60,372 nucleotides of DNA from Microcoleaceae cyanobacterium (GTDB lineage: Bacteria > Cyanobacteriota > Cyanobacteriia > Cyanobacteriales > Microcoleaceae): assembly GCA_051652765.1 (NCBI GenBank), contig JBOFUV010000106.1:1-60372 (forward strand), in the 5' to 3' direction. The translations under genes and the position numbers were made by a program. How positions within the stretch are numbered: position 1 is the stretch's first letter; the number at the start of each line of letters is the position of its first letter. Of this stretch, positions 1 to 9,423 are shown in pieces. The notes below the pieces were generated by a model. It had not been told where the DNA came from, searched no databases, and saw nothing but the letters and a program-made list of their open reading frames with translations.

Positions 1-1276
1 AGCCATAATATTCATACCGCATCAATCGTGACAAGGTTTGGCTAGGACTTTCAAAGTTGAAAATAAATGAATTCAGAGTTGAATCTTTAGCGTAGTCCAG
101 CTCTTTGGGTAAAACAGGTTCCTGACGAACCTTTTCTAATTCCACTTGGATGGCTTTGATAAAGTCAACGGTTGCATCTGAACGAGTTTGGCCCCCGGCA
201 ATAAACGTACCAGGATAATCAAACCGTGGACTCCAAACCCCATAGACTGAATACGCCAATCCTTTTTCTGAACGTACCTTATTAAACAGTCGTCCTCCAA
301 ATCCATTCAGAACCCCATTGAGCACTGTCAGTTCAGCGTAGTCTGGATCGTTCACCTGCCCACCCAAATGCCCAATTTGGACATAGCTTTGATTGAGTTG
401 GGGCTGGTTGACAAAGAAATAGCCATTGCTATTGGCCTGCGAAACCTTCGGTAAGGCTGGAACGTTTGTCGGGTTACGGGACTGCCACTGACCAAACTGA
501 TCGGCAATCAACAGTTTCATCGTTTCAGAATCAAAGTCCCCAACAATTCCTAAAATCATGTTTTGAGGCTGAAACGATTGCTGATAGAAATCAATCAGAT
601 CTGGTTGAGAAATATTGTTTAAGGTTGTGTATTCAACCGATCGGGCATAGGGGCTGTCTTGGCCATAGATCAACTTCCGAAACTCCCGTTGAGCAATCTC
701 ATTGGGATCATCATTGCGACGGGCAACTGCCCCCTGTTCTTGAGTTTTTGCCAAGTCCAGTTGTTCCTGATCAAAAATTGGCTCTTTGATGACTTCTGCA
801 AACAGCCCAAACACAACGGTTAAATCTTCACTCAAAGCGCTAAATCCGGCACTTGCAGAACTTTCTCCAATCCCCGTTTCGACAGAAGCGGCCTTCTGTT
901 CGAGCAGTTGATTCAGGTCAGCGGCGGCATGACGTTGAGTTCCCCCCGTTCGCAGGACTTCTCCAGTCAAACTGGCTAGCCCAACTTTGTCCTCGGGCTC
1001 AAAACGGCTACCGCTCCGAAACATCGCCGTTCCTCCCACCAAGGGCAACTCATGATCCTCCATCAGATAAACAATAATCCCATTGTTCAACTGGTAGCGG
1101 GTGTACTGCGGCAACTCGATCTCAGGCAAGGGCGGAAAGGTGAGTTCGTTGTGGTGTTTCGGCGTAGATGCCACCGCAGGCGATCGCCATAGCAGAATCA
1201 GCAGCAGGATAGAACAGGCTAGGGCCGAGAGAAACAGCGGAGATTTACGAAAATTTAGCTTAAAATTTGGAATCAT
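1..1276 (-). CDS. M16 (insulinase/pitrilysin) family peptidase-like subunit; 3' end runs off the window
   Basis: Not in the ORF track; translated by hand from ATG at 1276: MIPNFKLNFRKSPLFLSALACSILLLILLWRSPAVA (signal-like) ...YQLNNGIIVYLMEDHELPLV...LFNKVRSEKGLAYSVYG...LMRYEYYG. No HxxEH in the N-terminal domain. Directly downstream of the active M16 gene. Confidence 0.9.
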   Translation of the reverse strand, partial: MIPNFKLNFRKSPLFLSALACSILLLILLWRSPAVASTPKHHNELTFPPLPEIELPQYTRYQLNNGIIVYLMEDHELPLVGGTAMFRSGSRFEPEDKVGLASLTGEVLRTGGTQRHAAADLNQLLEQKAASVETGIGESSASAGFSALSEDLTVVFGLFAEVIKEPIFDQEQLDLAKTQEQGAVARRNDDPNEIAQREFRKLIYGQDSPYARSVEYTTLNNISQPDLIDFYQQSFQPQNMILGIVGDFDSETMKLLIADQFGQWQSRNPTNVPALPKVSQANSNGYFFVNQPQLNQSYVQIGHLGGQVNDPDYAELTVLNGVLNGFGGRLFNKVRSEKGLAYSVYGVWSPRFDYPGTFIAGGQTRSDATVDFIKAIQVELEKVRQEPVLPKELDYAKDSTLNSFIFNFESPSQTLSRLMRYEYYG

Positions 1277-1373
1277 AATTGGGAATCATGGTTGAGCAGG
1301 GTTAGAAGTTAAGCAACTCGTTCATCAAGGGTTTGTCCGACTCGTCAAGCCAATCAGACCCGAAACACTAAGA

Positions 1374-2978
1374 CTATTCCGGCAGCAATTTCCCAACGGT
1401 GCGGTTCTCTGGGCGGAAGGTTGCCTGAGCGACCCGTTGAATGTCTGCTGGGGTAATCGCCCCAATCAAATCCAACTCGCGGAATAAATTTTTCCAGTCC
1501 CCAGTTTTGACTTGATATTCAACTAAGGCAAAGGCCATGCCCATATTAGAGTCGAGGGATTGTAGCAATGCGGCCCTCGCTTGGGTTTTGACCCGTTCCA
1601 ACTCTTTCTGGGTCACAGGCTCTGTTTTCAGACGGTCAATCTGTTCTCTGAGGGCGACTGCCACTTCATCAGTACTCACCCCTGGGGCCGTTAATGCGTA
1701 GAACAGCATCAAGTTTGGATATCGATCTCCGGGATAACCATTCAGCCCTTCTGCCGCTAAGGCGACTTGTTTTTCTTCGACTAGAGACCTGTAGAGACGA
1801 GCCGTTCGACCGCTGCTGAGGATATTGGCGATCGCCTGGTAAATCACGTTATCCGGGTGATTGAACTCAGGCCGATGGTAGGTTTCAAAATACCAGGGTT
1901 GGGACTGGAGTCGGAGGGTGACTTCACGGGTTCCATCTTGGGGAGGCTCAACCACCGTCAGTTTTGGGGGTTCGGGTTTGGCGGCATAACGTCCAAAGTA
2001 AGTTTGGGTAAGTTGCTTCACCTGAGCCGGATCAACATCTCCCACAATGGCAACGGTGAGGTTGTTGGGAACGTAAAAAGTTGAGAAGAAGTCTTCAACG
2101 TTTTGGCGGGTCATCTTCTCCAGATCCTCGGTATAGCCAATCACCGGACGACGATAGGGATGTACCTGAAACGCTTTATTCAGGAGAGCCTCCACCATCC
2201 GACCTACAGGAGAATTTTCGGAGCGCAGTCGTCTCTCCTCCAAGATTACCTGCTTTTCTTTGTGGAATTCCCGAAAAACGGGCTCAAGAAACCGTTCTGA
2301 CTCCAGGGACATCCACAGTTCCAACTTATTCGCAGGCAAGCTGTAGAAATAGTTCGTGGCATCTGCCGAAGTTGTGGCATTCAGACCTGCGCCCCCTGCC
2401 TGCTCTACAATGCGGGCAAATTCGTTTTGAAGAATATATTCAGAAGCTTGAGTTTGAACTTGCTCAAATTTTGTCTTCAGTTGGGCAACGTCCTCTGTTT
2501 TTCCAGCAGTTTGAGCCAATTTAATTTGGTCAAACAGTTGATCCATCTTGTCTAACAGGGGCTCTTCTGCTTGGAAGTCTTTGGTGCCAATCCGTTTAGT
2601 GCCTTTAAAAGCAAGATGCTCTAAATAGTGGGCAACTCCGGTCATGCCATCGGGTTCATTGGCTCCGCCCACATCAGCATGGATCAAAAATGAAATTACT
2701 GGAGCCTTGTCCCGCCGTAGCACGATGAATTTCATCCCATTATCCAGGCGAAATTCCGTGACTTGGTTGATGACTCGATCAAGATAGGGCTGAATTGAGG
2801 TTGAAGTTGGGGTGGCAACAGGGGCAGTCACGTCAGCCCAGGCCAGTCCCGGCAACATTCCCCAGCTTAAAGTGAGGAGAATAACCAGAAGTAAACCTGG
2901 AGCGATCTGACGAACAGCAATCTGTTGAACAAGATGCTGAGCCTTAGACAAACATCGAGTAAGCCAAGTTGCAACCAT
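1374..2978 (-). CDS. M16 family zinc peptidase, catalytic subunit
   Basis: Inverted zinc motif HYLEH (GVAHYLEHLAFKGT), NATTS motif, EERRLR, HPYRRPVIG; N-terminal signal-like hydrophobic stretch. Confidence 0.95.
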   Translation of the reverse strand: MVATWLTRCLSKAQHLVQQIAVRQIAPGLLLVILLTLSWGMLPGLAWADVTAPVATPTSTSIQPYLDRVINQVTEFRLDNGMKFIVLRRDKAPVISFLIHADVGGANEPDGMTGVAHYLEHLAFKGTKRIGTKDFQAEEPLLDKMDQLFDQIKLAQTAGKTEDVAQLKTKFEQVQTQASEYILQNEFARIVEQAGGAGLNATTSADATNYFYSLPANKLELWMSLESERFLEPVFREFHKEKQVILEERRLRSENSPVGRMVEALLNKAFQVHPYRRPVIGYTEDLEKMTRQNVEDFFSTFYVPNNLTVAIVGDVDPAQVKQLTQTYFGRYAAKPEPPKLTVVEPPQDGTREVTLRLQSQPWYFETYHRPEFNHPDNVIYQAIANILSSGRTARLYRSLVEEKQVALAAEGLNGYPGDRYPNLMLFYALTAPGVSTDEVAVALREQIDRLKTEPVTQKELERVKTQARAALLQSLDSNMGMAFALVEYQVKTGDWKNLFRELDLIGAITPADIQRVAQATFRPENRTVGKLLPE

Positions 2979-3007
2979 GAAGTTTACTGAGTCTTCTGAA
3001 GTGAGTT

Positions 3008-3928
3008 TTAAAATGAATCCAACTCGGATTGTAACATTGACATCCGCTGAAGCCAGTGCAGAATTGTTTTATTGACTAGTTCAGGTCGTTCATCGTGCGG
3101 ACAATGACCCGTTTGAGGAATTGAGATGAATTCCACGGATTGACAGTTGTCTGCTAAATCTTGGTAAATCTTTGCCCCAGTAATTGGTGTCCAGGGATCA
3201 GCCTCGCCCCAAATCACCAGTAACGGTTGCTGAACCTTGGGTAACAACTCAGAAGGATGAGGCCCAGGAGGAGCCGTTAAAATAGATGCAAAGACTTGCT
3301 GGGCTCCAGGATCGTTGGAGGGAGCATAGAGTAACTCAACTAACTCATCGGTAATAGCGGCTTTGTTCCCGTAGACTTGATGCAATGTTCCCCGAATCCG
3401 GTGCTTTTGGCGCACCTGATTGAACATCAAGGAACCAATCACAGGGGAACTAACCAACGTTGTAAAGGCTCCCATGACAAGGCGCAAGGGGAGATTCAAT
3501 TCCTCTGGTCGGTGGTTCAGGCCCCCAGCACAATTTAGTAGCACCGCTCCTGCGGTAATTTCAGGATGGTTGGCTGCCATCATCAGACTCAGCAAGGCTC
3601 CAATCGAGTTCCCAATAAACACAGCAGGGCGTTGAATGTTCTCTGTCCAAAACTCTTTTAACAATTCTGCCCAGAGTTCCAGAGAATATTCCACCTTTGG
3701 TTTGGCAGATGCTCCAAACCCCAGAAGATCAATGGCAAAAACTTGATAGCCCGCCTCTGCTAGTACAGGGATATTGTTGCGCCAGTGACCTATCGACGCA
3801 CCGAACCCATGAACTAGCACAAGGGGTTGTCCGGTTCCCTGAACACCATATTGAATCGGATAGTCTCTCCAAACAAAGGTTTGAGTCTCAAAACGACTCA
3901 ATGGAGACTGCTGAGCGATCACGGCCAT
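3008..3928 (-). CDS. Alpha/beta fold hydrolase
   Basis: HGFGAS oxyanion motif, DLLGFG, nucleophile elbow GNSIG, catalytic His in GHCPHDE. Confidence 0.92.
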   Translation of the reverse strand: MAVIAQQSPLSRFETQTFVWRDYPIQYGVQGTGQPLVLVHGFGASIGHWRNNIPVLAEAGYQVFAIDLLGFGASAKPKVEYSLELWAELLKEFWTENIQRPAVFIGNSIGALLSLMMAANHPEITAGAVLLNCAGGLNHRPEELNLPLRLVMGAFTTLVSSPVIGSLMFNQVRQKHRIRGTLHQVYGNKAAITDELVELLYAPSNDPGAQQVFASILTAPPGPHPSELLPKVQQPLLVIWGEADPWTPITGAKIYQDLADNCQSVEFISIPQTGHCPHDERPELVNKTILHWLQRMSMLQSELDSF

Positions 3929-4086
3929 AGGATATGTACTTTGTGTATACTTTTGTAAATTTTTTCTGCCCTTCGATCATAGAACAATTTTTATGGGTTT
4001 CCTTCCACTTGTCTAACTCCAACTCTCAACTCCCCATGTTGCGCCAGTTCCAAAGTCCGGTATATTAATTCGATAGCGGTTTGACG

Positions 4087-4146
4087 CTGACTGCTTAATA
4101 CTGACTGCTCAACACTGACTGCTCAACACTGACCGCTTAACACTGA
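4087..4146. repeat. Short tandem repeat, ~14-bp unit (ACTGACTGCTCAAC) x4, immediately upstream of ddl
   Basis: ctgactgcttaat actgactgctcaac actgactgctcaac actgaccgcttaac actga. Confidence 0.85.
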
Positions 4147-4153
4147 GGAAAAA

Positions 4154-5335
4154 ATGACAAAGGTACGGGTAGGGTTGTTGTTTGGTGGACATTCTGGAGA
4201 ACATGAAGTTTCAATCCGTTCTGCACAGGCGATCGCTCGTGCTTTAGCCACCGACTGCAATGAGAGTAAGTATGAAGTCCTGCCGGTTTACATTCAAAAA
4301 GATGGACTCTGGCAAGGGGGAGAGGTCGCTCAACAGGTTCTGACCTCTGGCCAGCCTCTCATGTTAGAAATCACCCCGGAAAACAGTGATGCCAACGATT
4401 TGAAAGATTGCATCAAAAATCAAGCGACAAGAGATAACGGTGTAAAAGAGTCAGCCCCGTCTCTTGGTCTTCACCCATCTAGCCTGATTCCAAACGCCCA
4501 GCAGCCGATTCCTGCTCTCTCTGAAATTGATGTTTGGTTCCCGATTCTCCATGGCCCCAATGGAGAAGACGGCACCGTTCAGGGATTGCTGACGTTGATG
4601 CAGATGCCCTTCGTTGGGACAGGGGTTCTAGGGTCGGCCATGGGCATGGACAAAATTGCGATGAAAATGGCCTTTGCTCAAGCTGGGTTGCCCCAGGTGA
4701 ACTATTCTGCCGTGACCCGTACTCAAATTTGGTCAAATCCCTGTATTTTTCCCAAGCTCTGTGATGATCTAGAGGCGGAACTAGGCTATCCCTGCTTTGT
4801 CAAACCTGCCAATTTAGGCTCTTCCGTCGGGATTACCAAAGTGCGATCGCGCCAGGAACTTGAAGCTGCCTTGAATAACGCCGCCCGCTATGACCGCCGT
4901 GTGATTGTGGAAGCTGGGGTAACGGTGAGAGAGCTAGAATGCGCGGTGCTAGGAAATGACTATCCTCAAGCGTCTGTTGTTGGAGAGATTACTTATACCA
5001 GCGATTTCTACGACTACGAAACCAAATATACCGAAGGCAGAGCCCAGTGGCAGATTCCGGCTGAGATTGATCCGGCGATCGCCGAGAACATTCGAGAAAT
5101 GGCGGTGCAGGCGTTCCTAGCCGTTGATGCTGCCGGACTTGCCCGTGTTGATTTTTTCTATGTGGAACAAACCGGGGAAGTGCTAATTAATGAGATTAAT
5201 ACCTTACCAGGATTTACCGCAACTAGCATGTATCCTCAGCTTTGGGCCGCCAGTGGGATTGGCTTTCCTGACTTGGTTGATCAACTGGTTCAGCTTGCTT
5301 TGGAACGCTATCAGGACGGGGTTCAGTCAAAATAG
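4154..5335 (+). CDS. ddl: D-alanine--D-alanine ligase
   Basis: [55 protein letters not shown] motifs. Confidence 0.97.
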   Translation: MTKVRVGLLFGGHSGEHEVSIRSAQAIARALATDCNESKYEVLPVYIQKDGLWQGGEVAQQVLTSGQPLMLEITPENSDANDLKDCIKNQATRDNGVKESAPSLGLHPSSLIPNAQQPIPALSEIDVWFPILHGPNGEDGTVQGLLTLMQMPFVGTGVLGSAMGMDKIAMKMAFAQAGLPQVNYSAVTRTQIWSNPCIFPKLCDDLEAELGYPCFVKPANLGSSVGITKVRSRQELEAALNNAARYDRRVIVEAGVTVRELECAVLGNDYPQASVVGEITYTSDFYDYETKYTEGRAQWQIPAEIDPAIAENIREMAVQAFLAVDAAGLARVDFFYVEQTGEVLINEINTLPGFTATSMYPQLWAASGIGFPDLVDQLVQLALERYQDGVQSK

Positions 5336-5433
5336 ATGACTTGAAACTTCAAATTAGAACGGAAAGCTTGCAAGTTTCTCCGCTCCCTAATACTTTTGTC
5401 CTGTACTTGAAGAACTTCCAGAACTTACGTAAA

Positions 5434-5521
5434 TATAGCAGTTACCACCCTGCTCAAGACATTTTTGTCACGGTGCGCGCCCACAAAAATGTCTTTGTCC
5501 TAATGCCTTGAGGGTAGCTAT
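5434..5521. repeat. Palindromic intergenic element between convergent genes (13-bp stem 5456-5468/5483-5495; ends TATAGC...GCTAT); probable bidirectional terminator or REP-like element
   Basis: AAGACATTTTTGT-N14-ACAAAAATGTCTT perfect inverted repeat. Confidence 0.6.
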
Positions 5522-5525
5522 GCCT

Positions 5526-6209
5526 TTAGGTTCGGAGCCGATAGCCAACTCCTCGAACGGTTTCAATCAGCTTGCAGTTCAGCTTTTTGCGAAGTTGCCC
5601 GACATAGACATCCACAATATTCGAACCTGGGTCGTAGTCATATCCCCAGACTCGATCGAGCAGTTGTTCTCGCGTCATCACCTGTCCGGGATGGCGCATA
5701 AATACTTCTAGCAAGGTAAATTCCTTAGCGGGTAACTCAATCTCCTGCTGATCCATTTGCACTGCTCTCGTTCGTAAGTCAACGATCAGTTGACCCGTTT
5801 GCAAAACATTTTCAGACTGAGTTCTACTGGAATCCATGCCATTGGCTTCCGTAGCCTTCAGCCGTAAGCGAATTCGGGCTAAGAGTTCTTCAAAATGAAA
5901 GGGCTTGGTCATATAGTCATCAGCGCCTCCTTCCAAGCCCTTGATTTTGTCATGAATGTCATCCCGTGCCGTCAGAATAATAATGGGAATGGTCACTCCT
6001 TGACCTCGCAATTCTTCTAGCACAACCAAGCCATCCTTTTTTTGAAGTCCCAAGTCCAAGAGTAAGAGATCAAAATTGTTTGTGAGAGCTAGATTAACAA
6101 CCTCCTGGGTATCTTGAGTAACTGTGGTTGTGAAGCCATTGGCTCGCAACCCTTTTTCTAGAAAGGAAACAATCCGAGGTTCATCTTCAGCAATTAAGAT
6201 GCGGTTCAT
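5526..6209 (-). CDS. OmpR/PhoB family response regulator
   Basis: REC domain (AEDE, LLDLGL, LTA, KPF) plus winged helix (KEFTLL, TREQLLDRVWG, VDVYVGQLRKKL, IETVRGVGY); ATGA overlap with the upstream kinase. Confidence 0.95.
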   Translation of the reverse strand: MNRILIAEDEPRIVSFLEKGLRANGFTTTVTQDTQEVVNLALTNNFDLLLLDLGLQKKDGLVVLEELRGQGVTIPIIILTARDDIHDKIKGLEGGADDYMTKPFHFEELLARIRLRLKATEANGMDSSRTQSENVLQTGQLIVDLRTRAVQMDQQEIELPAKEFTLLEVFMRHPGQVMTREQLLDRVWGYDYDPGSNIVDVYVGQLRKKLNCKLIETVRGVGYRLRT

Positions 6210-7777
6210 TGTCGTTTTTTGTATTTGTGACTGGTCAGTGAAACTCTACCCATTTCCTGATGTATGAATAACACCAGCGTAAACATTGAGCCTTGACCGA
6301 GTTGACTATGTAGCTCAACATGGCCACCATGACTTTCTACAATTGCCGTAACAATTGCCAGACCTAAACCTGCACCCTGCGAAGCACCTTGACTATTTTC
6401 TCCTCGAACAAACCGCTGGAAAATTCGGTCTTGATCTTGGGGAGCAATGCCAACTCCAGTATCTCTGACCCATAGATATAAATGACATCTATTGGGATAT
6501 TGTTCGACGGCAGAACCAATCGTAATTGTATCGGTTTCTTGGGTATGTTGGATCGCATTTTGAATCAGATTCAGGATTGCCTGAGTCACACGGTGCGGAT
6601 CAATTTTAACCTGCCCGATTCCCTTGGTCTCTAGTACCCAATTTCGCCTTCCCAAAGCTCGAGCTTTGAGGTATACTTCCTCGGTGAATTGAGCTAGATC
6701 AACCTCTTTAAAGATCAAAAAATCCTGACGTTCTGACCTTGCTAACAGGAGCAAGTCTTCTAAAAAACGAGTCATGCGATCCAGTTCATCTAGAACAATT
6801 TTGATCACTTCTGGTTTTTCTTCCGCTGAATAGTAATCCAGTGATTCTAAATGTCCTTGAACAATTGCGATGGGTGTTCGGAGTTCATGACTGACATCAT
6901 TCACCAATTGTTGCTGGCTGACAAATGCTTTTTCTAGACGATCCATCATGCTGTTAAATGTTTCTGCCAGTTCTGCCATTTCCCCCTTGCCTTGGTAAGA
7001 AATTCGTTGAGACAGATCAGTTTCACTAATGGCATGGGCAGTATAAATCAATGAGCGAATTGGACGAAGCACTCGCCCTGAAATCAGCCAAGCCAGGATC
7101 AGAGCAATAATAAATAAGCTGAATAAAACATCAATCACAATAAAAATTGCTTCTAAGACCTCCTCCCGTTCTCCTGCGGTAATATTAGCAACAATTAACA
7201 GTCCTAAAACTTGTTGATTGACTTTAAGAGGTTCCGCTTTATAAATAATCTTCCCTTCCCTGGGGTCATCAATCACATCCCAGACCGGCTGAGTCGTCTG
7301 GACAAGTTTCTTGATAAAGGCAGAATCACGGGAGATTGATTCAGGTAAACTCAAGGGACTTGAACGATAAAACTTGCCATTAATCGTTGTAATTAAAAAC
7401 GTTTTATCAGCAGGAACTTGATCATATAAAAAAGCATCAAAAATCCTTGCGGGATTAGTCTCTTTTTCAACAAGAGTTTGCAGTTCAACAGATTGCTGGA
7501 AACTTGCGATTTCCTCACTTAGATCTTCCCTCACCCTCTGATCAACTTGGAGAATAACTAACCTAGTAAAAATAGGAATTGATAACCCAACTAAAGAAGC
7601 CATCAGAAGAGTGTACCAGGCCAGAATCCGGGTACGAGTCTCTCGAAAAAGGCGAGGCGCTTTCCAGGATTTTGTAGCATCAGCGAGGTTCCGCTCTGGT
7701 TTCGGAGAATTCGGGTCAGGCTCTGAACGAGGTTGGTTGCCTATGGTTGATTGATCATTCTGTCTTAAGTTCTCCAT
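6206..7777 (-). CDS. Membrane sensor histidine kinase (2 TM, HAMP, HisKA, HATPase)
   Basis: H-box DVSHELRTP, N-box NLIQNA, DTGVGI, GAGLGL; two hydrophobic helices; ATG at 7777 has a GGGAGG upstream (ORF track extends to GTG 7837). Confidence 0.93.
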   Translation of the reverse strand: MENLRQNDQSTIGNQPRSEPDPNSPKPERNLADATKSWKAPRLFRETRTRILAWYTLLMASLVGLSIPIFTRLVILQVDQRVREDLSEEIASFQQSVELQTLVEKETNPARIFDAFLYDQVPADKTFLITTINGKFYRSSPLSLPESISRDSAFIKKLVQTTQPVWDVIDDPREGKIIYKAEPLKVNQQVLGLLIVANITAGEREEVLEAIFIVIDVLFSLFIIALILAWLISGRVLRPIRSLIYTAHAISETDLSQRISYQGKGEMAELAETFNSMMDRLEKAFVSQQQLVNDVSHELRTPIAIVQGHLESLDYYSAEEKPEVIKIVLDELDRMTRFLEDLLLLARSERQDFLIFKEVDLAQFTEEVYLKARALGRRNWVLETKGIGQVKIDPHRVTQAILNLIQNAIQHTQETDTITIGSAVEQYPNRCHLYLWVRDTGVGIAPQDQDRIFQRFVRGENSQGASQGAGLGLAIVTAIVESHGGHVELHSQLGQGSMFTLVLFIHQEMGRVSLTSHKYKKRQ

Positions 7778-8010
7778 CCTCCCCTCTGTTACGGATTCGT
7801 TAGGATGCGTATTCGGTCTCCTAAGCTCAACACCCACCTACGTCGCGTCGAATTGAACACGTCACAGGGGCCCACTCTCCTAGATGCACTTCACTTAGTT
7901 ATGAGGTCAAACAGGAACAATTTCGCAGATTAACCCAAAAAATTTGGACAATAGCCTGAAATCTAGCCAGATCTGGCAATGCACTGAAAATTGGAAACGT
8001 GAAGTATTTT

Positions 8011-8060
8011 CTTCAAGACTTCATCTTTCTTCACAAAAACTTCACAATCACTTTATAAAT
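8011..8060 (+). promoter_or_regulatory. Phased CTTCA direct repeats followed by TATAAAT; candidate OmpR-family operator/promoter of the glycosyltransferase operon
   Basis: CTTCA at 8011, 8019, 8029, 8040 and CTTTA at 8051 (last three intervals 10, 11, 11 bp). Confidence 0.4.
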
Positions 8061-8107
8061 CTGTAGCAAAGTTGAAGGTGACCAACATCAGCGAAGGATT
8101 ATCCAGA

Positions 8108-9319
8108 ATGAAAATTATTGTTTATTCCCACGATGCATTTGGTCTAGGCAATATCCGACGAATGTTGGCAATTTGTCAACATCTGCTGGCGACCATTCCT
8201 GAGTTGTCAATTCTGGTTCTATCCGGATCTCCAGCGATTCATAGTTTTCGCATTCCTGAACGGTTGGACTATATCAAGCTGCCTTGTTTTGGGCGTGATC
8301 GCAATGGTCAACTGGGCGCGAGGTATTTGGCCTCTGATGTGTCTGAGACCATTCGCCTGCGGTCTAGCCTGATTAAAACGACGGTAACCAACTTCCGACC
8401 CGATTTAATCCTGGTTGACAAGAAGCCCCACGGTTTACTGGACGAGCTGAAACCAGCCCTAGACTATTTGAAGGTTGTGTCACCGACGACTCAGCTTGTG
8501 TTATTGCTGCGAGATATTCTCGATGATCCGACTGTAACAATTGAAGAATGGCAAAAGCAAGGGTATTACCAAGCCGTTCAAGCTTACTATGACCGTGTTT
8601 TAGTGGTTGGGATGTCGGAGATTTTTGACCTCGTTCAAGAGTATCAATTCCCCCAGGCGATCGCGAAGAAAACAAAATTCTGCGGGTATATCCGCAAGGA
8701 CTTTCAACCTAGTTGCCCTGAGGCAATTCGTCGAGAACTAGAAGTTGGTGAGGGAGAAAAGTTGGTACTAGTCACTCCCGGTGGGGGTGGAGATGGCTAC
8801 CATTTGGTGGATACTTATCTGTCAGCTTTAGAGCAACTTTCTCGATATCAGAAGGTTAAAAGTTTAATCGTCTTTGGGATTGAAATGCCGCAGTCAGAGC
8901 AAGACGCTTTAGCCCAAAAAATTCAACACTATTCAGGCATCAAGACGTTAGATTTTACGGATGACCTGATGAGTTATATTAATGCTTCTGATTTGGTTGT
9001 TGCTATGACGGGATACAACACCGTGACTGAGATTCTTTCCCTAGGCAAGCGAGCCGTTGTTGTTCCTCGGCAGAAACCCTCAATGGAACAGTCGATTCGA
9101 GCCGAAAAAATGGCTCAAAAAGGTTGGTTAAGAATGATTTCTCCCAATGATTTAACCGCAGAAAATCTGAGCCAAGTTATTTGCCAAGAGCTTGAACTTG
9201 GTGAGCGGGAACACCCTACTTTTCCAGGTTTAAACTTAGAAGGTTTATTGAAAATCGAACAAGATATTTGTCAGCTCTTAAAAGAACGCCAGCAAGTTGT
9301 TACTTATCTAGCTGCCTAG
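8108..9319 (+). CDS. GT-B fold glycosyltransferase, GT28 C-terminal / COG4671-like
   Basis: YSHDAFGLGNIRR N-terminus, LRDILD, VTPGGGGDG, MTGYNT, EQSIRA; ATG 8108 preferred over TTG 8072. Confidence 0.85.
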   Translation: MKIIVYSHDAFGLGNIRRMLAICQHLLATIPELSILVLSGSPAIHSFRIPERLDYIKLPCFGRDRNGQLGARYLASDVSETIRLRSSLIKTTVTNFRPDLILVDKKPHGLLDELKPALDYLKVVSPTTQLVLLLRDILDDPTVTIEEWQKQGYYQAVQAYYDRVLVVGMSEIFDLVQEYQFPQAIAKKTKFCGYIRKDFQPSCPEAIRRELEVGEGEKLVLVTPGGGGDGYHLVDTYLSALEQLSRYQKVKSLIVFGIEMPQSEQDALAQKIQHYSGIKTLDFTDDLMSYINASDLVVAMTGYNTVTEILSLGKRAVVVPRQKPSMEQSIRAEKMAQKGWLRMISPNDLTAENLSQVICQELELGEREHPTFPGLNLEGLLKIEQDICQLLKERQQVVTYLAA

Positions 9320-9340
9320 AAAGAGTTGCTAACTTTCTGA

Positions 9341-9404
9341 AGTAAGCTTCTCTAAGGCAAGGTTCTTTCAAGCAAGTTTCTCTAAAGCAAGGTTCTCTAA
9401 GGTA
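9341..9404. repeat. Degenerate ~15-bp tandem repeat x4 (GCAAGGTTCTCTAAG-like)
   Basis: gtaagcttctctaag gcaaggttctttcaa gcaagtttctctaaa gcaaggttctctaag. Confidence 0.7.
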
Positions 9405-9423
9405 AAGTGACAGAGATTTTTCC

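Noticed and set aside
466..1295. Three plus-strand ORFs from the track
   Set aside because: Antisense to the real, window-truncated M16 gene at 1-1276
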